Below, piece by piece: positions 14,672 to 43,542 of a stretch of 64,000 bases of DNA. This DNA is from Escherichia coli (GTDB taxonomy: Bacteria > Pseudomonadota > Gammaproteobacteria > Enterobacterales > Enterobacteriaceae), in the NCBI RefSeq assembly GCF_044647545.1, contig NZ_CP172818.1. The stretch is one strand, 5' to 3'. The translations under genes were made by a program, and so were the position numbers. The notes beneath the pieces are model-generated. The model did no database searches and was not told the DNA's origin. It worked only from the letters and a program-made list of their open reading frames with translations. The stretch's first letter is position 1; every line of letters starts with the position of its first letter.

Positions 14672-15767
14672 GGCATGCCCTCCTCAATCGGACATAGCCG
14701 CCGGGTACAGCTGCGATCCATCCTGCTAACTCCAGTTCGAGTAGTTGAGTTACTACCTCTGGCACAGGTTGGCCGGCACGTTCAGCGACGACGTCAACAG
14801 GTGTTACCTCATCTCCTACGTTAGCCAGGAGCTCAGGAAATGGCAATGCCACGTCTTCCTGATCTGGTGAATAAAATGAATTTTCAGGGGCGTCTGGCAA
14901 CCAGTGCAATCCAAATTGCAAGTTTTCCAGAATTTCTTCCGGTTCCGTCACAAGAATCGCACCTTGTTTTATTAACCAGTGAGGCCCTTCGCTTCCCGGA
15001 TTCCCTAATGGACCCGGCAAGGCAAAAACTTCACGCCCCTGCTCAAGCGCACAACGTGCTGTCACCAGCGAACCACTGCGCAAAGCCGCTTCCACCACCA
15101 GTACACCTTTACTTAGACCACTGATAATGCGATTTCTTCGTGGGAAATTGTAAGCAAGGGGAGGAACATCAAGGGGAAATTCCGAGACGAGAGCACCACC
15201 CTGTTCAAGTAGACTGGCAGCCAGTGGAGCATGGCGGCGGGGATGAATAGTATTAAGTCCATTCCCCAATACAGCAATGCTGACGCCATTTACCTGTAAG
15301 GCCGCTTTATGCGCCACACCATCGATTCCACGCGCCAGTCCACTCGTAATTGTCACTCCACGCGTCGCCAGAGTTTCGCAAAATAATCGTCCCCATCGCT
15401 CGCCATACCATGAATGCGCCCGACTCCCCACTACGGCAAGCTGAAATGAATGCAACGCGTGCAGTTCTCCTTCAACAAACAGTGTGCCGGGGTAATCTGT
15501 CGTCGCCAGAAGTTGAGGAGGATAAAATTCGCTGTCCGCAGAGATTAAATGATGGTTGGGTTGCTCCAACCAACAAAGTGAGCTTTCGATACTCTTTCGC
15601 GGAAATGAAAGAAAGCGTTGTGCCTGCCGCAATGTAAGCCCTGTTTGCTGCAATACAACCGCATCAATATGCGACTGTTTTGCCAGCCAGTGAGCTATAC
15701 GGACCATATCATCGCCGTACAAGCTGCTGACGCTCATTAAACGCAGCCAAATTTCTGTATCGACCAT
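14643..15767 (-). CDS. dprA: DNA processing protein DprA (Smf)
   Basis: 374 aa, Rossmann-like DprA domain; 3' end overlaps smg start by 29 nt. Confidence 0.85.
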
Positions 15768-15896
15768 CCTTATCTCCCTGCCATAAGCAGCCTTAGCAAT
15801 CTTTGCGATTGGTCAGTGATGCTGTCAATCAGAGGGGGATTTGTCTAGAATAGAAGAAATAATCTTTCTAACTCCTGAACACATCTCTGGAGATTT

Positions 15897-16406
15897 ATGT
15901 CAGTTTTGCAAGTGTTACATATTCCGGACGAGCGGCTTCGCAAAGTTGCTAAACCGGTAGAAGAAGTGAATGCAGAAATTCAGCGTATCGTCGATGATAT
16001 GTTCGAGACGATGTACGCAGAAGAAGGTATTGGCCTGGCGGCAACCCAGGTCGATATCCATCAACGTATCATTGTTATTGATGTTTCGGAAAACCGTGAC
16101 GAACGGCTGGTGTTAATCAATCCGGAGCTTTTAGAAAAAAGCGGCGAAACAGGCATTGAAGAAGGATGCCTGTCGATCCCTGAACAACGTGCTTTAGTGC
16201 CACGCGCAGAGAAAGTTAAAATTCGCGCCCTGGACCGCGACGGTAAACCATTTGAACTGGAAGCAGAGGGTCTGTTAGCCATCTGTATTCAGCATGAGAT
16301 GGATCACCTGGTCGGCAAACTGTTTATGGATTATCTGTCACCGCTGAAACAACAACGTATTCGTCAGAAAGTTGAAAAACTGGATCGTCTGAAAGCCCGG
16401 GCTTAA
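15897..16406 (+). CDS. def: peptide deformylase
   Basis: 169 aa with motifs [19 protein letters not shown]. Confidence 0.95.
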
Positions 16407-16420
16407 GGATAAGAACTAAC

Positions 16421-17368
16421 GTGTCAGAATCACTACGTATTATTTTTGCGGGTACACCTGACTTTGCAGCGCGTCATCTCGACGCGCTGTTGTCTTCTGG
16501 TCATAACGTCGTTGGCGTGTTCACCCAGCCAGACCGACCGGCAGGACGCGGTAAAAAACTGATGCCCAGCCCGGTTAAAGTTCTGGCTGAGGAAAAAGGT
16601 CTGCCCGTTTTTCAACCTGTTTCCCTGCGTCCACAAGAAAACCAGCAACTGGTCGCCGATCTACAGGCTGATGTTATGGTTGTCGTCGCCTATGGCTTAA
16701 TTCTGCCTAAAGCAGTGTTGGAGATGCCGCGTCTTGGCTGTATCAACGTTCATGGTTCACTGCTGCCGCGCTGGCGCGGTGCCGCGCCAATCCAACGTTC
16801 GCTGTGGGCGGGCGATGCAGAAACCGGCGTAACCATTATGCAAATGGATATTGGTTTAGACACCGGTGACATGCTCTATAAGCTCTCCTGCCCGATTACC
16901 GCAGAAGATACCAGTGGTACGCTGTACGACAAACTGGCAGAGCTTGGCCCACAAGGGCTTATTACTACGTTGAAACAACTGGCAGACGGCACGGCGAAAC
17001 CAGAAGTTCAGGACGAAACTCTCGTCACTTACGCTGAAAAATTGAGTAAAGAAGAAGCGCGTATTGACTGGTCGCTTTCGGCGGCACAGCTTGAACGCTG
17101 CATTCGCGCTTTTAATCCATGGCCAATGAGCTGGCTGGAAATTGAAGGCCAGCCTGTTAAGGTCTGGAAAGCGTCGGTCATTGATACGGTGACAAAGTCT
17201 GCGCCAGGAACAATCCTTGAAGCCAGCAAACAAGGCATTCAGGTCGCGACCGGTGATGGCATCCTGAATCTGCTCTCGTTGCAACCTGCGGGTAAGAAAG
17301 CGATGAGCGCACAAGACCTCCTGAATTCTCGTCGGGAATGGTTTGTTCCGGGCAACCGTCTGGCCTGA
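16421..17368 (+). CDS. fmt: methionyl-tRNA formyltransferase
   Basis: 315 aa, N-terminus [16 protein letters not shown], directly downstream of def. Confidence 0.95.
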   Translation: MSESLRIIFAGTPDFAARHLDALLSSGHNVVGVFTQPDRPAGRGKKLMPSPVKVLAEEKGLPVFQPVSLRPQENQQLVADLQADVMVVVAYGLILPKAVLEMPRLGCINVHGSLLPRWRGAAPIQRSLWAGDAETGVTIMQMDIGLDTGDMLYKLSCPITAEDTSGTLYDKLAELGPQGLITTLKQLADGTAKPEVQDETLVTYAEKLSKEEARIDWSLSAAQLERCIRAFNPWPMSWLEIEGQPVKVWKASVIDTVTKSAPGTILEASKQGIQVATGDGILNLLSLQPAGKKAMSAQDLLNSRREWFVPGNRLA

Positions 17369-17413
17369 TAGTCCACTCTTCTAAGCCCGGTCTTGCCGGG
17401 CATTTTTATACTT

Positions 17414-18703
17414 ATGAAAAAACAACGTAATTTACGTAGCATGGCGGCCCAGGCCGTTGAACAAGTCGTCGAGCAAGGGCAATCATTAAGCAACATTCTG
17501 CCACCGCTCCAGCAAAAAGTTTCTGATAAAGACAAAGCACTTCTTCAAGAGTTGTGCTTTGGCGTACTGCGTACGCTTTCACAGTTAGACTGGCTGATTA
17601 ATAAGCTAATGGCCCGTCCGATGACAGGCAAACAGCGTACTGTTCATTACCTGATTATGGTTGGTTTGTATCAACTGCTTTATACCCGCATTCCACCTCA
17701 TGCCGCGCTGGCTGAAACGGTTGAAGGCGCAGTTGCAATTAAGCGCCCGCAACTTAAGGGATTGATTAACGGTGTATTACGTCAGTTCCAGCGTCAGCAA
17801 GATGAGTTATTAGCCGAGTTTAATGCCAGTGATGCACGTTATCTGCATCCTTCCTGGTTGCTGAAGCGTCTGCAAAAGGCGTATCCCGAGCAGTGGCAAT
17901 CCATCGTCGAAGCCAATAACCAGCGTCCGCCAATGTGGCTGCGCGTTAATCGTACGCATCATTCCCGCGACAGCTGGCTTGCATTGCTGGATGAAGCAGG
18001 AATGAAAGGTTTCCCGCATGCGGATTACCCTGATGCTGTACAGCTGGAAACACCTGCACCTGTTCATGCGCTACCCGGTTTTGAAGAAGGATGGGTTACC
18101 GTTCAGGATGCTTCAGCACAAGGTTGCATGACCTGGCTTGCTCCACAAAATGGTGAACACATTCTGGATCTTTGCGCTGCCCCCGGCGGTAAAACAACGC
18201 ATATTCTTGAGGTTGCTCCAGAGGCGCAAGTTCTGGCGGTCGATATTGATGAGCAGCGCCTCTCTCGCGTTTACGACAATTTAAAACGCCTTGGTATGAA
18301 GGCAACCGTGAAACAAGGTGATGGCCGTTACCCTTCCCAATGGTGTGGCGAGCAACAGTTTGATCGCATTTTATTAGATGCGCCTTGTTCAGCAACCGGT
18401 GTGATTCGTCGCCATCCGGATATTAAATGGTTACGTCGCGATCGCGATATCCCGGAACTCGCGCAATTGCAGTCTGAAATTCTCGACGCCATTTGGCCGC
18501 ATTTAAAATCCGGTGGAACCCTGGTCTATGCCACCTGTTCAGTGTTACCGGAAGAGAATAGCCTGCAGATTAAAGCCTTTTTGCAACGTACCGCTGATGC
18601 CGAACTTTGCGAAACAGGAACACCAGAGCAACCGGGTAAACAAAATCTGCCTGGTGCCGAAGAGGGCGACGGCTTCTTTTACGCTAAGCTAATCAAAAAG
18701 TGA
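17414..18703 (+). CDS. rsmB: 16S rRNA (cytosine967-C5)-methyltransferase RsmB (Sun)
   Basis: NusB-like N-domain plus SAM methyltransferase domain ([10 protein letters not shown]); start at MKKQRNL inside the track ORF. Confidence 0.9.
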   Translation: MKKQRNLRSMAAQAVEQVVEQGQSLSNILPPLQQKVSDKDKALLQELCFGVLRTLSQLDWLINKLMARPMTGKQRTVHYLIMVGLYQLLYTRIPPHAALAETVEGAVAIKRPQLKGLINGVLRQFQRQQDELLAEFNASDARYLHPSWLLKRLQKAYPEQWQSIVEANNQRPPMWLRVNRTHHSRDSWLALLDEAGMKGFPHADYPDAVQLETPAPVHALPGFEEGWVTVQDASAQGCMTWLAPQNGEHILDLCAAPGGKTTHILEVAPEAQVLAVDIDEQRLSRVYDNLKRLGMKATVKQGDGRYPSQWCGEQQFDRILLDAPCSATGVIRRHPDIKWLRRDRDIPELAQLQSEILDAIWPHLKSGGTLVYATCSVLPEENSLQIKAFLQRTADAELCETGTPEQPGKQNLPGAEEGDGFFYAKLIKK

Positions 18704-18724
18704 TGAGATAACGGGTCGCGACTG

Positions 18725-20101
18725 ATGAAAATTATCATTCTGGGTGCCGGCCAGGTTGGCGGCACACTGGCGGAAAACCTGGTTGGCGAGAACAACGATA
18801 TCACTGTTGTCGATACCAACGGTGAGCGTCTGCGGACCTTGCAGGATAAATTTGACCTGCGAGTCGTGCAGGGGCATGGCTCTCATCCACGCGTATTGCG
18901 GGAGGCAGGTGCCGACGACGCCGATATGCTGGTTGCTGTAACCAGTTCAGATGAAACCAATATGGTTGCCTGCCAGGTAGCCTACTCACTTTTCAACACC
19001 CCTAATCGCATCGCTCGTATCCGCTCACCAGACTACGTGCGCGATGCCGATAAGCTATTTCATTCAGATGCTGTACCGATTGATCATCTGATCGCACCAG
19101 AGCAGTTGGTTATCGATAATATTTACCGACTGATTGAGTATCCCGGCGCATTGCAGGTGGTAAACTTCGCTGAGGGTAAAGTCAGCCTGGCTGTGGTTAA
19201 AGCCTATTACGGCGGCCCGCTGATTGGTAATGCACTTTCGACCATGCGCGAACATATGCCACATATCGATACTCGTGTGGCAGCAATTTTCCGCCATGAT
19301 CGCCCCATTCGTCCGCAAGGTTCGACCATTGTTGAAGCTGGTGATGAAGTGTTCTTTATTGCCGCTTCACAGCATATCCGCGCGGTGATGAGTGAATTAC
19401 AGCGACTGGAAAAACCGTATAAGCGGATCATGCTGGTTGGTGGTGGTAATATCGGTGCAGGGCTGGCGCGTCGTCTGGAAAAAGATTACAGCGTCAAACT
19501 CATCGAACGTAATCAGCAGCGCGCTGCCGAACTGGCGGAAAAGTTGCAGAATACGATCGTCTTTTTTGGTGATGCGTCGGATCAAGAACTGCTGGCCGAA
19601 GAACATATCGATCAAGTTGATCTGTTTATTGCTGTCACCAACGATGACGAAGCCAATATCATGTCCGCCATGCTTGCCAAACGTATGGGTGCGAAAAAGG
19701 TGATGGTATTGATCCAGCGTCGCGCTTATGTGGATCTGGTTCAGGGGAGCGTGATCGATATTGCGATTTCACCGCAACAAGCAACTATTTCTGCGTTGCT
19801 TAGCCATGTGCGAAAAGCTGATATTGTTGGTGTTTCCTCACTGCGCCGCGGCGTAGCAGAAGCTATTGAAGCCGTTGCTCACGGTGATGAAAGCACCTCA
19901 CGCGTTGTCGGCAGAGTCATTGATGAAATCAAGCTACCGCCAGGAACGATTATTGGAGCGGTGGTACGTGGAAACGACGTGATGATTGCCAATGACAATC
20001 TGCGCATTGAGCAAGGCGATCACGTAATTATGTTCCTCACAGATAAAAAGTTTATTACCGACGTCGAAAGACTGTTCCAGCCAAGTCCTTTCTTCTTGTA
20101 A
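18725..20101 (+). CDS. trkA: Trk potassium uptake protein TrkA (two NAD-binding domains)
   Basis: 458 aa, two Rossmann GxGxxG repeats ([16 protein letters not shown]). Confidence 0.95.
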   Translation: MKIIILGAGQVGGTLAENLVGENNDITVVDTNGERLRTLQDKFDLRVVQGHGSHPRVLREAGADDADMLVAVTSSDETNMVACQVAYSLFNTPNRIARIRSPDYVRDADKLFHSDAVPIDHLIAPEQLVIDNIYRLIEYPGALQVVNFAEGKVSLAVVKAYYGGPLIGNALSTMREHMPHIDTRVAAIFRHDRPIRPQGSTIVEAGDEVFFIAASQHIRAVMSELQRLEKPYKRIMLVGGGNIGAGLARRLEKDYSVKLIERNQQRAAELAEKLQNTIVFFGDASDQELLAEEHIDQVDLFIAVTNDDEANIMSAMLAKRMGAKKVMVLIQRRAYVDLVQGSVIDIAISPQQATISALLSHVRKADIVGVSSLRRGVAEAIEAVAHGDESTSRVVGRVIDEIKLPPGTIIGAVVRGNDVMIANDNLRIEQGDHVIMFLTDKKFITDVERLFQPSPFFL

Positions 20102-20230
20102 TTAATAAGGCGTCTAATGACGCCTTATTATTTCCCTTTGATTATCAAGGATTAATTAAATTCATTCCTGGCAGGAAAATGGCTTAACATTTGTTAGACT
20201 TATGGTTGTCGGCTTCATAGGGAGAATAAC

Positions 20231-20641
20231 ATGAGCATTATTAAAGAATTTCGCGAATTTGCGATGCGCGGGAACGTGGTGGATTTGGCGGTGGGTGTCA
20301 TTATCGGTGCGGCATTCGGGAAGATTGTATCTTCACTGGTTGCCGATATCATCATGCCACCTCTGGGCTTATTAATTGGCGGGATCGACTTTAAACAGTT
20401 TGCTGTCACGCTACGCGATGCGCAGGGGGATATCCCTGCTGTTGTGATGCATTACGGTGTCTTCATTCAAAACGTCTTTGATTTTCTGATTGTGGCCTTT
20501 GCCATCTTTATGGCGATTAAGCTAATCAACAAACTGAATCGGAAAAAAGAAGAACCAGCAGCCGCACCTGCACCAACTAAAGAAGAAGTATTACTGACAG
20601 AAATTCGTGATTTGCTGAAAGAGCAGAATAACCGCTCTTAA
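20231..20641 (+). CDS. mscL: large-conductance mechanosensitive channel
   Basis: 136 aa, N-terminus [26 protein letters not shown]. Confidence 0.95.
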
Positions 20642-20856
20642 CAAGCGCCTGAAAGCAGAAGGCCAGTGGTAAAAAAGTGATTTACTTTCTTGCCACTGGC
20701 CTCCCAGTTCCCCCGATTGCCATGTTTTCCTTTTCGCATGTAACTGCCTTTCCCTTTCTTATTTTTCTCTACTCGCTGTCGGAATAAGGGATCATGTAGT
20801 AATGCTTCTATCGCATTATCCTTTATCTGCCCTTTAGTATGCTGATATCGGCTCAT
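20638..20856 (-). CDS. arfA: alternative ribosome-rescue factor A
   Basis: 72 aa basic protein ([25 protein letters not shown]...), convergent with mscL; contains 3' hairpin. Confidence 0.85.
20661..20701. promoter_or_regulatory. stem-loop inside arfA 3' coding region (RNase III site producing non-stop arfA mRNA); likely also mscL terminator
   Basis: 9 bp perfect stem ggccagtgg / ccactggcc with 23 nt loop. Confidence 0.6.
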
Positions 20857-20911
20857 AAAAACTCCAGTTGGTTATTTAACGGCGCGAGTGTAATCCTGCC
20901 AGTGCAAAAAA

Positions 20912-21337
20912 TCAACAGCCACTCTTAACGCCACTCGCTCCTTGTTCAAGAGCTTCAAGAATCGAGCAATAAACACTGCTATGGGCGGTCCCACAACAGG
21001 CATCGTTAAGGCGTTGCAAGGAACGCTGCATACTCTGCAACTCGGCTATCCGTGCTTCGACTTCCTGCAATCTTTCCTGCACAATGCCTTTTGACTCCTG
21101 ACAGGTATGGTGTTCAGGATCGATACGGATCGACAGCAACTCGCGGATCGACTCCAGACTGAAACCAAGTTGTCTGGCATGGCGGATAAATTTCAATCGC
21201 TGGAGATCGCTTTCGGTATACAGGCGAAACCCACCTTCGGTGCGTACTTCATGCTCCATCATCTGCTGCTTTTCGTAATAACGAATCGTGTCGGGCGTAA
21301 CTTCTGCCAGTTTTGCCAACTCACCAATGCGATACAT
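20912..21337 (-). CDS. zntR: MerR-family Zn(II)-responsive transcriptional regulator
   Basis: 141 aa, MerR HTH N-terminus, C-terminal Cys/His metal-binding residues. Confidence 0.9.
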   Translation of the reverse strand: MYRIGELAKLAEVTPDTIRYYEKQQMMEHEVRTEGGFRLYTESDLQRLKFIRHARQLGFSLESIRELLSIRIDPEHHTCQESKGIVQERLQEVEARIAELQSMQRSLQRLNDACCGTAHSSVYCSILEALEQGASGVKSGC

Positions 21338-21347
21338 AAATTATCTC

Positions 21348-21716
21348 TCAGTTGTCATTAATTTTATTCAGAAGCTTATCAGCATATTCGCCACGTAAAA
21401 ATTCAGTGCTCAAACCTGCTTGCCGCAGTTTCAACTCCAGTAAAGACAACTGACGGCTAACCTCTTGATATTGCTGGTCATCCTGACGGATACCTTTGAG
21501 AATATCCAGAAGCTGAATTGCTTCCTTGCGCTGCTCAAGTTCTGGCGGTAAACAACCAGCATTTTTTAACAAGCGATAGCCAGCACGCAGTTCCGGCGGT
21601 ACGTGTGAATCATCATCCAGAATTAATGGCTCACCAATGCCTGGGAGATTATCAAACTCACCTTTAGCTTGTGCTTCAGTAATATGGCGCTCTGCCCACT
21701 GGTCAAGTAACCACAT
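21348..21716 (-). CDS. yhdN: DUF1992 protein YhdN
   Basis: 122 aa ORF, synteny between zntR and rplQ. Confidence 0.8.
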   Translation of the reverse strand: MWLLDQWAERHITEAQAKGEFDNLPGIGEPLILDDDSHVPPELRAGYRLLKNAGCLPPELEQRKEAIQLLDILKGIRQDDQQYQEVSRQLSLLELKLRQAGLSTEFLRGEYADKLLNKINDN

Positions 21717-21781
21717 AAATACTCCAGGGGATGAACAAAAAGAGTACAGCTATTGTAGATAAGTGGGGATACTATGGGTAT

Positions 21782-21809
21782 AAAAAAACCCGCCGGGGCG
21801 GGTTTTTTT
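21782..21809 (-). terminator. intrinsic terminator of the alpha operon (downstream of rplQ)
   Basis: Stem cccgccggggcggg followed by T-run on minus strand, just after rplQ stop. Confidence 0.75.
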
Positions 21810-21822
21810 ACGTTGCTTCAGA

Positions 21823-22230
<408 letters not shown>

Positions 22231-22246
22231 TTAACCTGTGATCCGG

Positions 22247-23236
22247 TTACTCGTCAGCGATGCTTGCCGGTGGCCAGTTTTCCAGGCGCATGCCCAGAGA
22301 CAGTCCACGGGAAGCCAGCACGTCTTTAATCTCAGTAAGAGATTTTTTACCAAGGTTAGGCGTTTTAAGGAGCTCAACCTCGGTACGCTGTACCAGATCA
22401 CCGATATAGTGGATAGCTTCTGCTTTAAGGCAGTTAGCAGAGCGGACAGTCAATTCCAGATCGTCAACAGGGCGCAGCAGGATCGGATCGAACTCTGGTT
22501 TCTCTTCTTTCACTTCAGGCTGACGTACATCACGTAAGTCAACGAAAGCTTCCAGTTGTTCAGCCAGAATGGTTGCCGCACGACGAATCGCCTCTTCAGG
22601 ATCGATTGTGCCGTTGGTTTCCATTTCGATGACCAGCTTGTCCAGGTCGGTACGCTGTTCTACACGCGCTGCTTCAACATTGTAGGCAATACGCTCCACA
22701 GGGCTGTAGCATGCGTCGACCAGCAGACGGCCGATTGGGCGCTCATCTTCTTCCGAATGAATTCGGGTAGAAGCCGGCACATAACCACGACCGCGCTGAA
22801 CTTTGATACGCATGCTAATAGACGCGTTCTCATCGGTCAGGTGGCAGATCACGTGCTGCGGCTTGACGATTTCGACATCACCGTCGTGGGTGATATCGGC
22901 TGCAGTCACAGGGCCAATGCCAGATTTATTCAAGGTAAGAATAACTTCATCTTTGCCCTGAACTCTCACCGCCAGCCCTTTCAGGTTGAGCAGGATTTCC
23001 AGGATATCTTCCTGAACGCCTTCTTTGGTGCTGTACTCATGTAGTACACCATCAATCTCAACCTCGGTCACCGCGCAACCCGGCATCGATGAGAGCAGAA
23101 TACGGCGCAGTGCGTTACCCAGAGTATGGCCAAAGCCACGCTCTAAAGGCTCAAGGGTCACCTTGGCGTGCGTCGAACTCACTTGCTCGATATCAACCAG
23201 GCGCGGTTTTAGAAACTCTGTCACAGAACCCTGCAT
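22247..23236 (-). CDS. rpoA: DNA-directed RNA polymerase subunit alpha
   Basis: 329 aa, [18 protein letters not shown]... Confidence 0.95.
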
Positions 23237-23261
23237 TGTGTCCTCTCTTTGGTACTAAGCT

Positions 23262-24308
<1,047 letters not shown>

Positions 24309-24321
24309 TCAATCACCCCGA

Positions 24322-26304
<1,983 letters not shown>

Positions 26305-26311
26305 CTGCTAC

Positions 26312-27445
<1,134 letters not shown>

Positions 27446-27450
27446 CTACC

Positions 27451-28758
<1,308 letters not shown>

Positions 28759-28785
28759 TTACTCCCGTGATTCAATTGGTGACAA

Positions 28786-29094
<309 letters not shown>

Positions 29095-29105
29095 GTAACC
29101 CTACC

Positions 29106-32449
<3,344 letters not shown>

Positions 32450-32454
32450 CTACC

Positions 32455-32736
<282 letters not shown>

Positions 32737-32749
32737 TTATCCTCTAAAA

Positions 32750-35145
<2,396 letters not shown>

Positions 35146-35165
35146 TCAATCGCTCAATGACCTGA

Positions 35166-35660
<495 letters not shown>

Positions 35661-35799
35661 CTGGGGGGGCGGGCCGCGCCGCGCGGGGGCGCTTGTTCGC
35701 CCTCTCTGCACGGCTGGTGTCCGGCAGTTCGGCCCGTCTCTGGTCGGTTTTTCTGGGTGAAAGGTGGCGGCCGCGCGATTTACGCGTGCCCGCCCCCCC

Positions 35800-36204
35800 C
35801 CCCTTACTCTGGTCAGGTCTTTTGTTCTATCATGGGAGTTTGGGCTAATCGATTCCCCTGATCGGTTTAGCCGATGCGTTATGGGGGGCGATTATTGGTT
35901 ACGGCACATTCGCTGTCATTTACTGGGGGTATCGCATTCTGCGTCATAAAGAAGGATTAGGCTATGGTGATGTGAAGTTTCTCGCCGCCCCCTTGGTGCC
36001 TGGCATACATCCTATCGACTGGTTTTCCTTGCTGCCTTCATTGCTTGCCGAGCCGTAGTTCATTGGTCTGCTCATGAGAGGAAAAGAGTCATTAAAAAAT
36101 CTCCCGCTGCCGTTGTGGGAGCATCTTCTGCGCGAACTGACGGGTTTCGTTGTAGGCTGGGATAGTTATGCTGGCAGGCCGTTAATCTTTAACTTTTATT
36201 TGTG
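35800..36204 (+). pseudogene. gspO: 3' remnant of a type II secretion / type IV prepilin peptidase gene (gspO-like), frameshifted
   Basis: Translation gives PLLWSGLLFYHG, then after a stop ...IGYGTFAVIYWGYRILRHKEGLGYGDVKFLAA, then a frame change before a C-terminal PLPLWEHLL stretch; no start codon or 5' half; the 3' end overlaps the convergent bfr stop. Confidence 0.6.
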
Positions 36205-36658
36205 ATTGCAGGTAATTTTGTAGACCGATTTTACCGATGAGATCCAGCTCAGTTTCGAGCCAGTCAATATGACCTTCTTCATCGGCAAGGATCTCGATCA
36301 TCATATCACGGCTAACATAGTCATGAACGCTGTCGGCATACGCGATAGCCTCACGGAGATCCTTAGCGCCTTCCAGTTCTAATCGCAGGTCGGATTGCAG
36401 CATCTCCTCGACATCTTCACCAATCCCCAGTTTGCCTAAATCCTGTAAGTTGGGGATTCCTTCTAAAAACAAAATACGCTCGATATATTTATCAGCGTGT
36501 TTCATCTCATCGATAGATTCATGGTATTCGACGTCATTGAGACGCATCAGGCCCCAGTTTTTAAACATCCGGGCATGGAGAAAATACTGATTGATTGCGA
36601 CAAGCTCATTTCCCAATAGTTTATTGAGATAATTTATGATTTTAACATCACCTTTCAT
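36182..36658 (-). CDS. bfr: bacterioferritin
   Basis: 158 aa from [32 protein letters not shown]; ferroxidase-site residues; the track ORF has a 7-codon 5' extension. Confidence 0.9.
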   Translation of the reverse strand: MKGDVKIINYLNKLLGNELVAINQYFLHARMFKNWGLMRLNDVEYHESIDEMKHADKYIERILFLEGIPNLQDLGKLGIGEDVEEMLQSDLRLELEGAKDLREAIAYADSVHDYVSRDMMIEILADEEGHIDWLETELDLIGKIGLQNYLQSQIKVKD

Positions 36659-36729
36659 TTTTAGTCCCTCCGCTTCCACTATTAGAGCGTAGATGGGGCT
36701 AGCGGGATGTCAAAAAATAAGCGTGGGCT

Positions 36730-36924
36730 TCAGGCAATCTCTTTAAATTCTGGCATCTGCATCAACTCGTCCTGCATCACTTCGCGCGCGGCGCGAATGC
36801 ACTTACCGCATTGATTTCCCACAGGAATAAACTTACGCAATTGTTGGAAAGATTGCGGATGAAACTGACGTACTGCCTGGCGAATTTTTTTGTCACTTAC
36901 ACCATTACACAAACAAACGTACAT
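36730..36924 (-). CDS. bfd: bacterioferritin-associated ferredoxin
   Basis: 64 aa, MYVCLCNGVSDKKIRQAV..., Cys ligands for a 2Fe-2S cluster. Confidence 0.9.
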   Translation of the reverse strand: MYVCLCNGVSDKKIRQAVRQFHPQSFQQLRKFIPVGNQCGKCIRAAREVMQDELMQMPEFKEIA

Positions 36925-36944
36925 GATTGCTCCCGTTCAAATTC

Positions 36945-36985
36945 TGCGCAAAGTGTAAATGAGAATGGTTATGATTACAATAGCA
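36945..36985 (-). promoter_or_regulatory. putative Fur box / promoter region upstream of bfd-bfr
   Basis: Minus strand reads tgtaatcataaccattctcatt, resembling the GATAATGATAATCATTATC Fur consensus; by eye only. Confidence 0.3.
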
Positions 36986-37030
36986 CAATTTTATTTGCGC
37001 CATAGTTCAGCGAGGAACGACAAAACGGGC

Positions 37031-37051
37031 AAAAAGGGCGCCGAAGCGCCC
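37031..37051 (-). terminator. intrinsic terminator downstream of tufA (end of str operon)
   Basis: Minus strand GGGCGC-TTCG-GCGCCC hairpin followed by TTTTT, about 30 nt after tufA stop. Confidence 0.75.
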
Positions 37052-37080
37052 TTTTCAATTCAAAACTAATTAACGAGTAA

Positions 37081-38322
<1,242 letters not shown>

Positions 38323-38335
38323 TTAACCCTTAGGC

Positions 38336-40462
<2,127 letters not shown>

Positions 40463-40546
40463 TTATCTTTTAGGCGTTCAATTTAAGTAGCCCAAAGCGG
40501 GCTGCTTACTGGAAGCGCCCGCCTGGTGACTAAAACTCCGAAGGGA

Positions 40547-41587
<1,041 letters not shown>

Positions 41588-41613
41588 TCAAGAAATATAC
41601 AACGATCCCGCCA

Positions 41614-41901
41614 TCACCAGGCCATCTGGCTGGAGTGCTTAACCGTAAGTCTGACGAAATCAGTATAGTCAATGGGAATGATGTCGTTCGAAATTCGACC
41701 AGTCAAACCGCGGGCAATAAGGTCTTCGTTCAGGGCATAGACCTTAATGGGGGCATTACGCAGACTTTCAAGGTAGCAGTTACCGTCAACTCCGGCAGTT
41801 ACGCCATCTTGCAATAATAGCAGTTCGTCGCCTTCACTGAGCAGACGCAGCAGCGCAGCAAAATCCGTCAGCCAGGGTGAACGATGTAATGTATGCAGCA
41901 T
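41614..41901 (-). CDS. tusB: tRNA 2-thiouridine synthesis sulfur relay protein TusB
   Basis: 95 aa, DsrH-like; synteny tusD-tusC-tusB upstream of rpsL. Confidence 0.85.
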   Translation of the reverse strand: MLHTLHRSPWLTDFAALLRLLSEGDELLLLQDGVTAGVDGNCYLESLRNAPIKVYALNEDLIARGLTGRISNDIIPIDYTDFVRLTVKHSSQMAW

Positions 41902-41908
41902 AAACGCC

Positions 41909-42267
41909 TCAAAACCTCAAAATAACATCGTAGTTGGCGAGTTCGCGGCGTAAGGCATCTGCTTCGAGCGGCGTGGCTTCGACAACAAAGGGTGTCTGCG
42001 GATCTAACCCGCGTTCGCGCAGTGAAGCCGCACAAACCCAGCACTGTTCAATGTCGTACAGACCCAACAATTTAAAAGTGGCAATGTAATCACGCGCCAG
42101 CACTGCATCGGGCTTTTGTCCTGGCAGCAGCTGAAAAACGCCATCAGCTATAAAGAAGACAGCCAGATCGTCAGTTAATGCGGAAGTTGCCAGTAAAGCA
42201 TCTAAACCTTCCCGGCCTGCAGCTGTACCATGAGGCGCAGTAGAAAAAACAAACGCAATTCGTTTCA

Positions 42268-42268
<1 letters not shown>
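41909..42268 (-). CDS. tusC: sulfur relay protein TusC
   Basis: 119 aa DsrF-like. Confidence 0.85.
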
Positions 42269-43376
<1,108 letters not shown>

Positions 43377-43503
43377 GAAAAAAAACACTCCTTTTCAGGA
43401 GCCTGTCGTTAACTTTTCAGGGCAGGCTCATTAATGATGCGGGTAACTAAATTAATACAGCGGAGGTTCCGCTTTCCAGCACTAATTATATCCGGCCTGT
43501 AAT

Positions 43504-43532
43504 AAAAAAACCGCCGCCTGGTCAGGCGGCGG
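43504..43532 (-). terminator. intrinsic terminator downstream of fkpA
   Basis: Minus strand stem CCGCCGCCTGAC/CAGGCGGCGG followed by a T-run. Confidence 0.75.
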
Positions 43533-43542
43533 TTCTTAATGC

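Noticed and set aside
16321-16440. Apparent 1 nt offset between my hand count and the ORF track at the def-fmt junction
   Set aside because: Coordinates before and after the line agree with the track and both ORFs are full length; most likely my miscount of one character, so I used the track coordinates.
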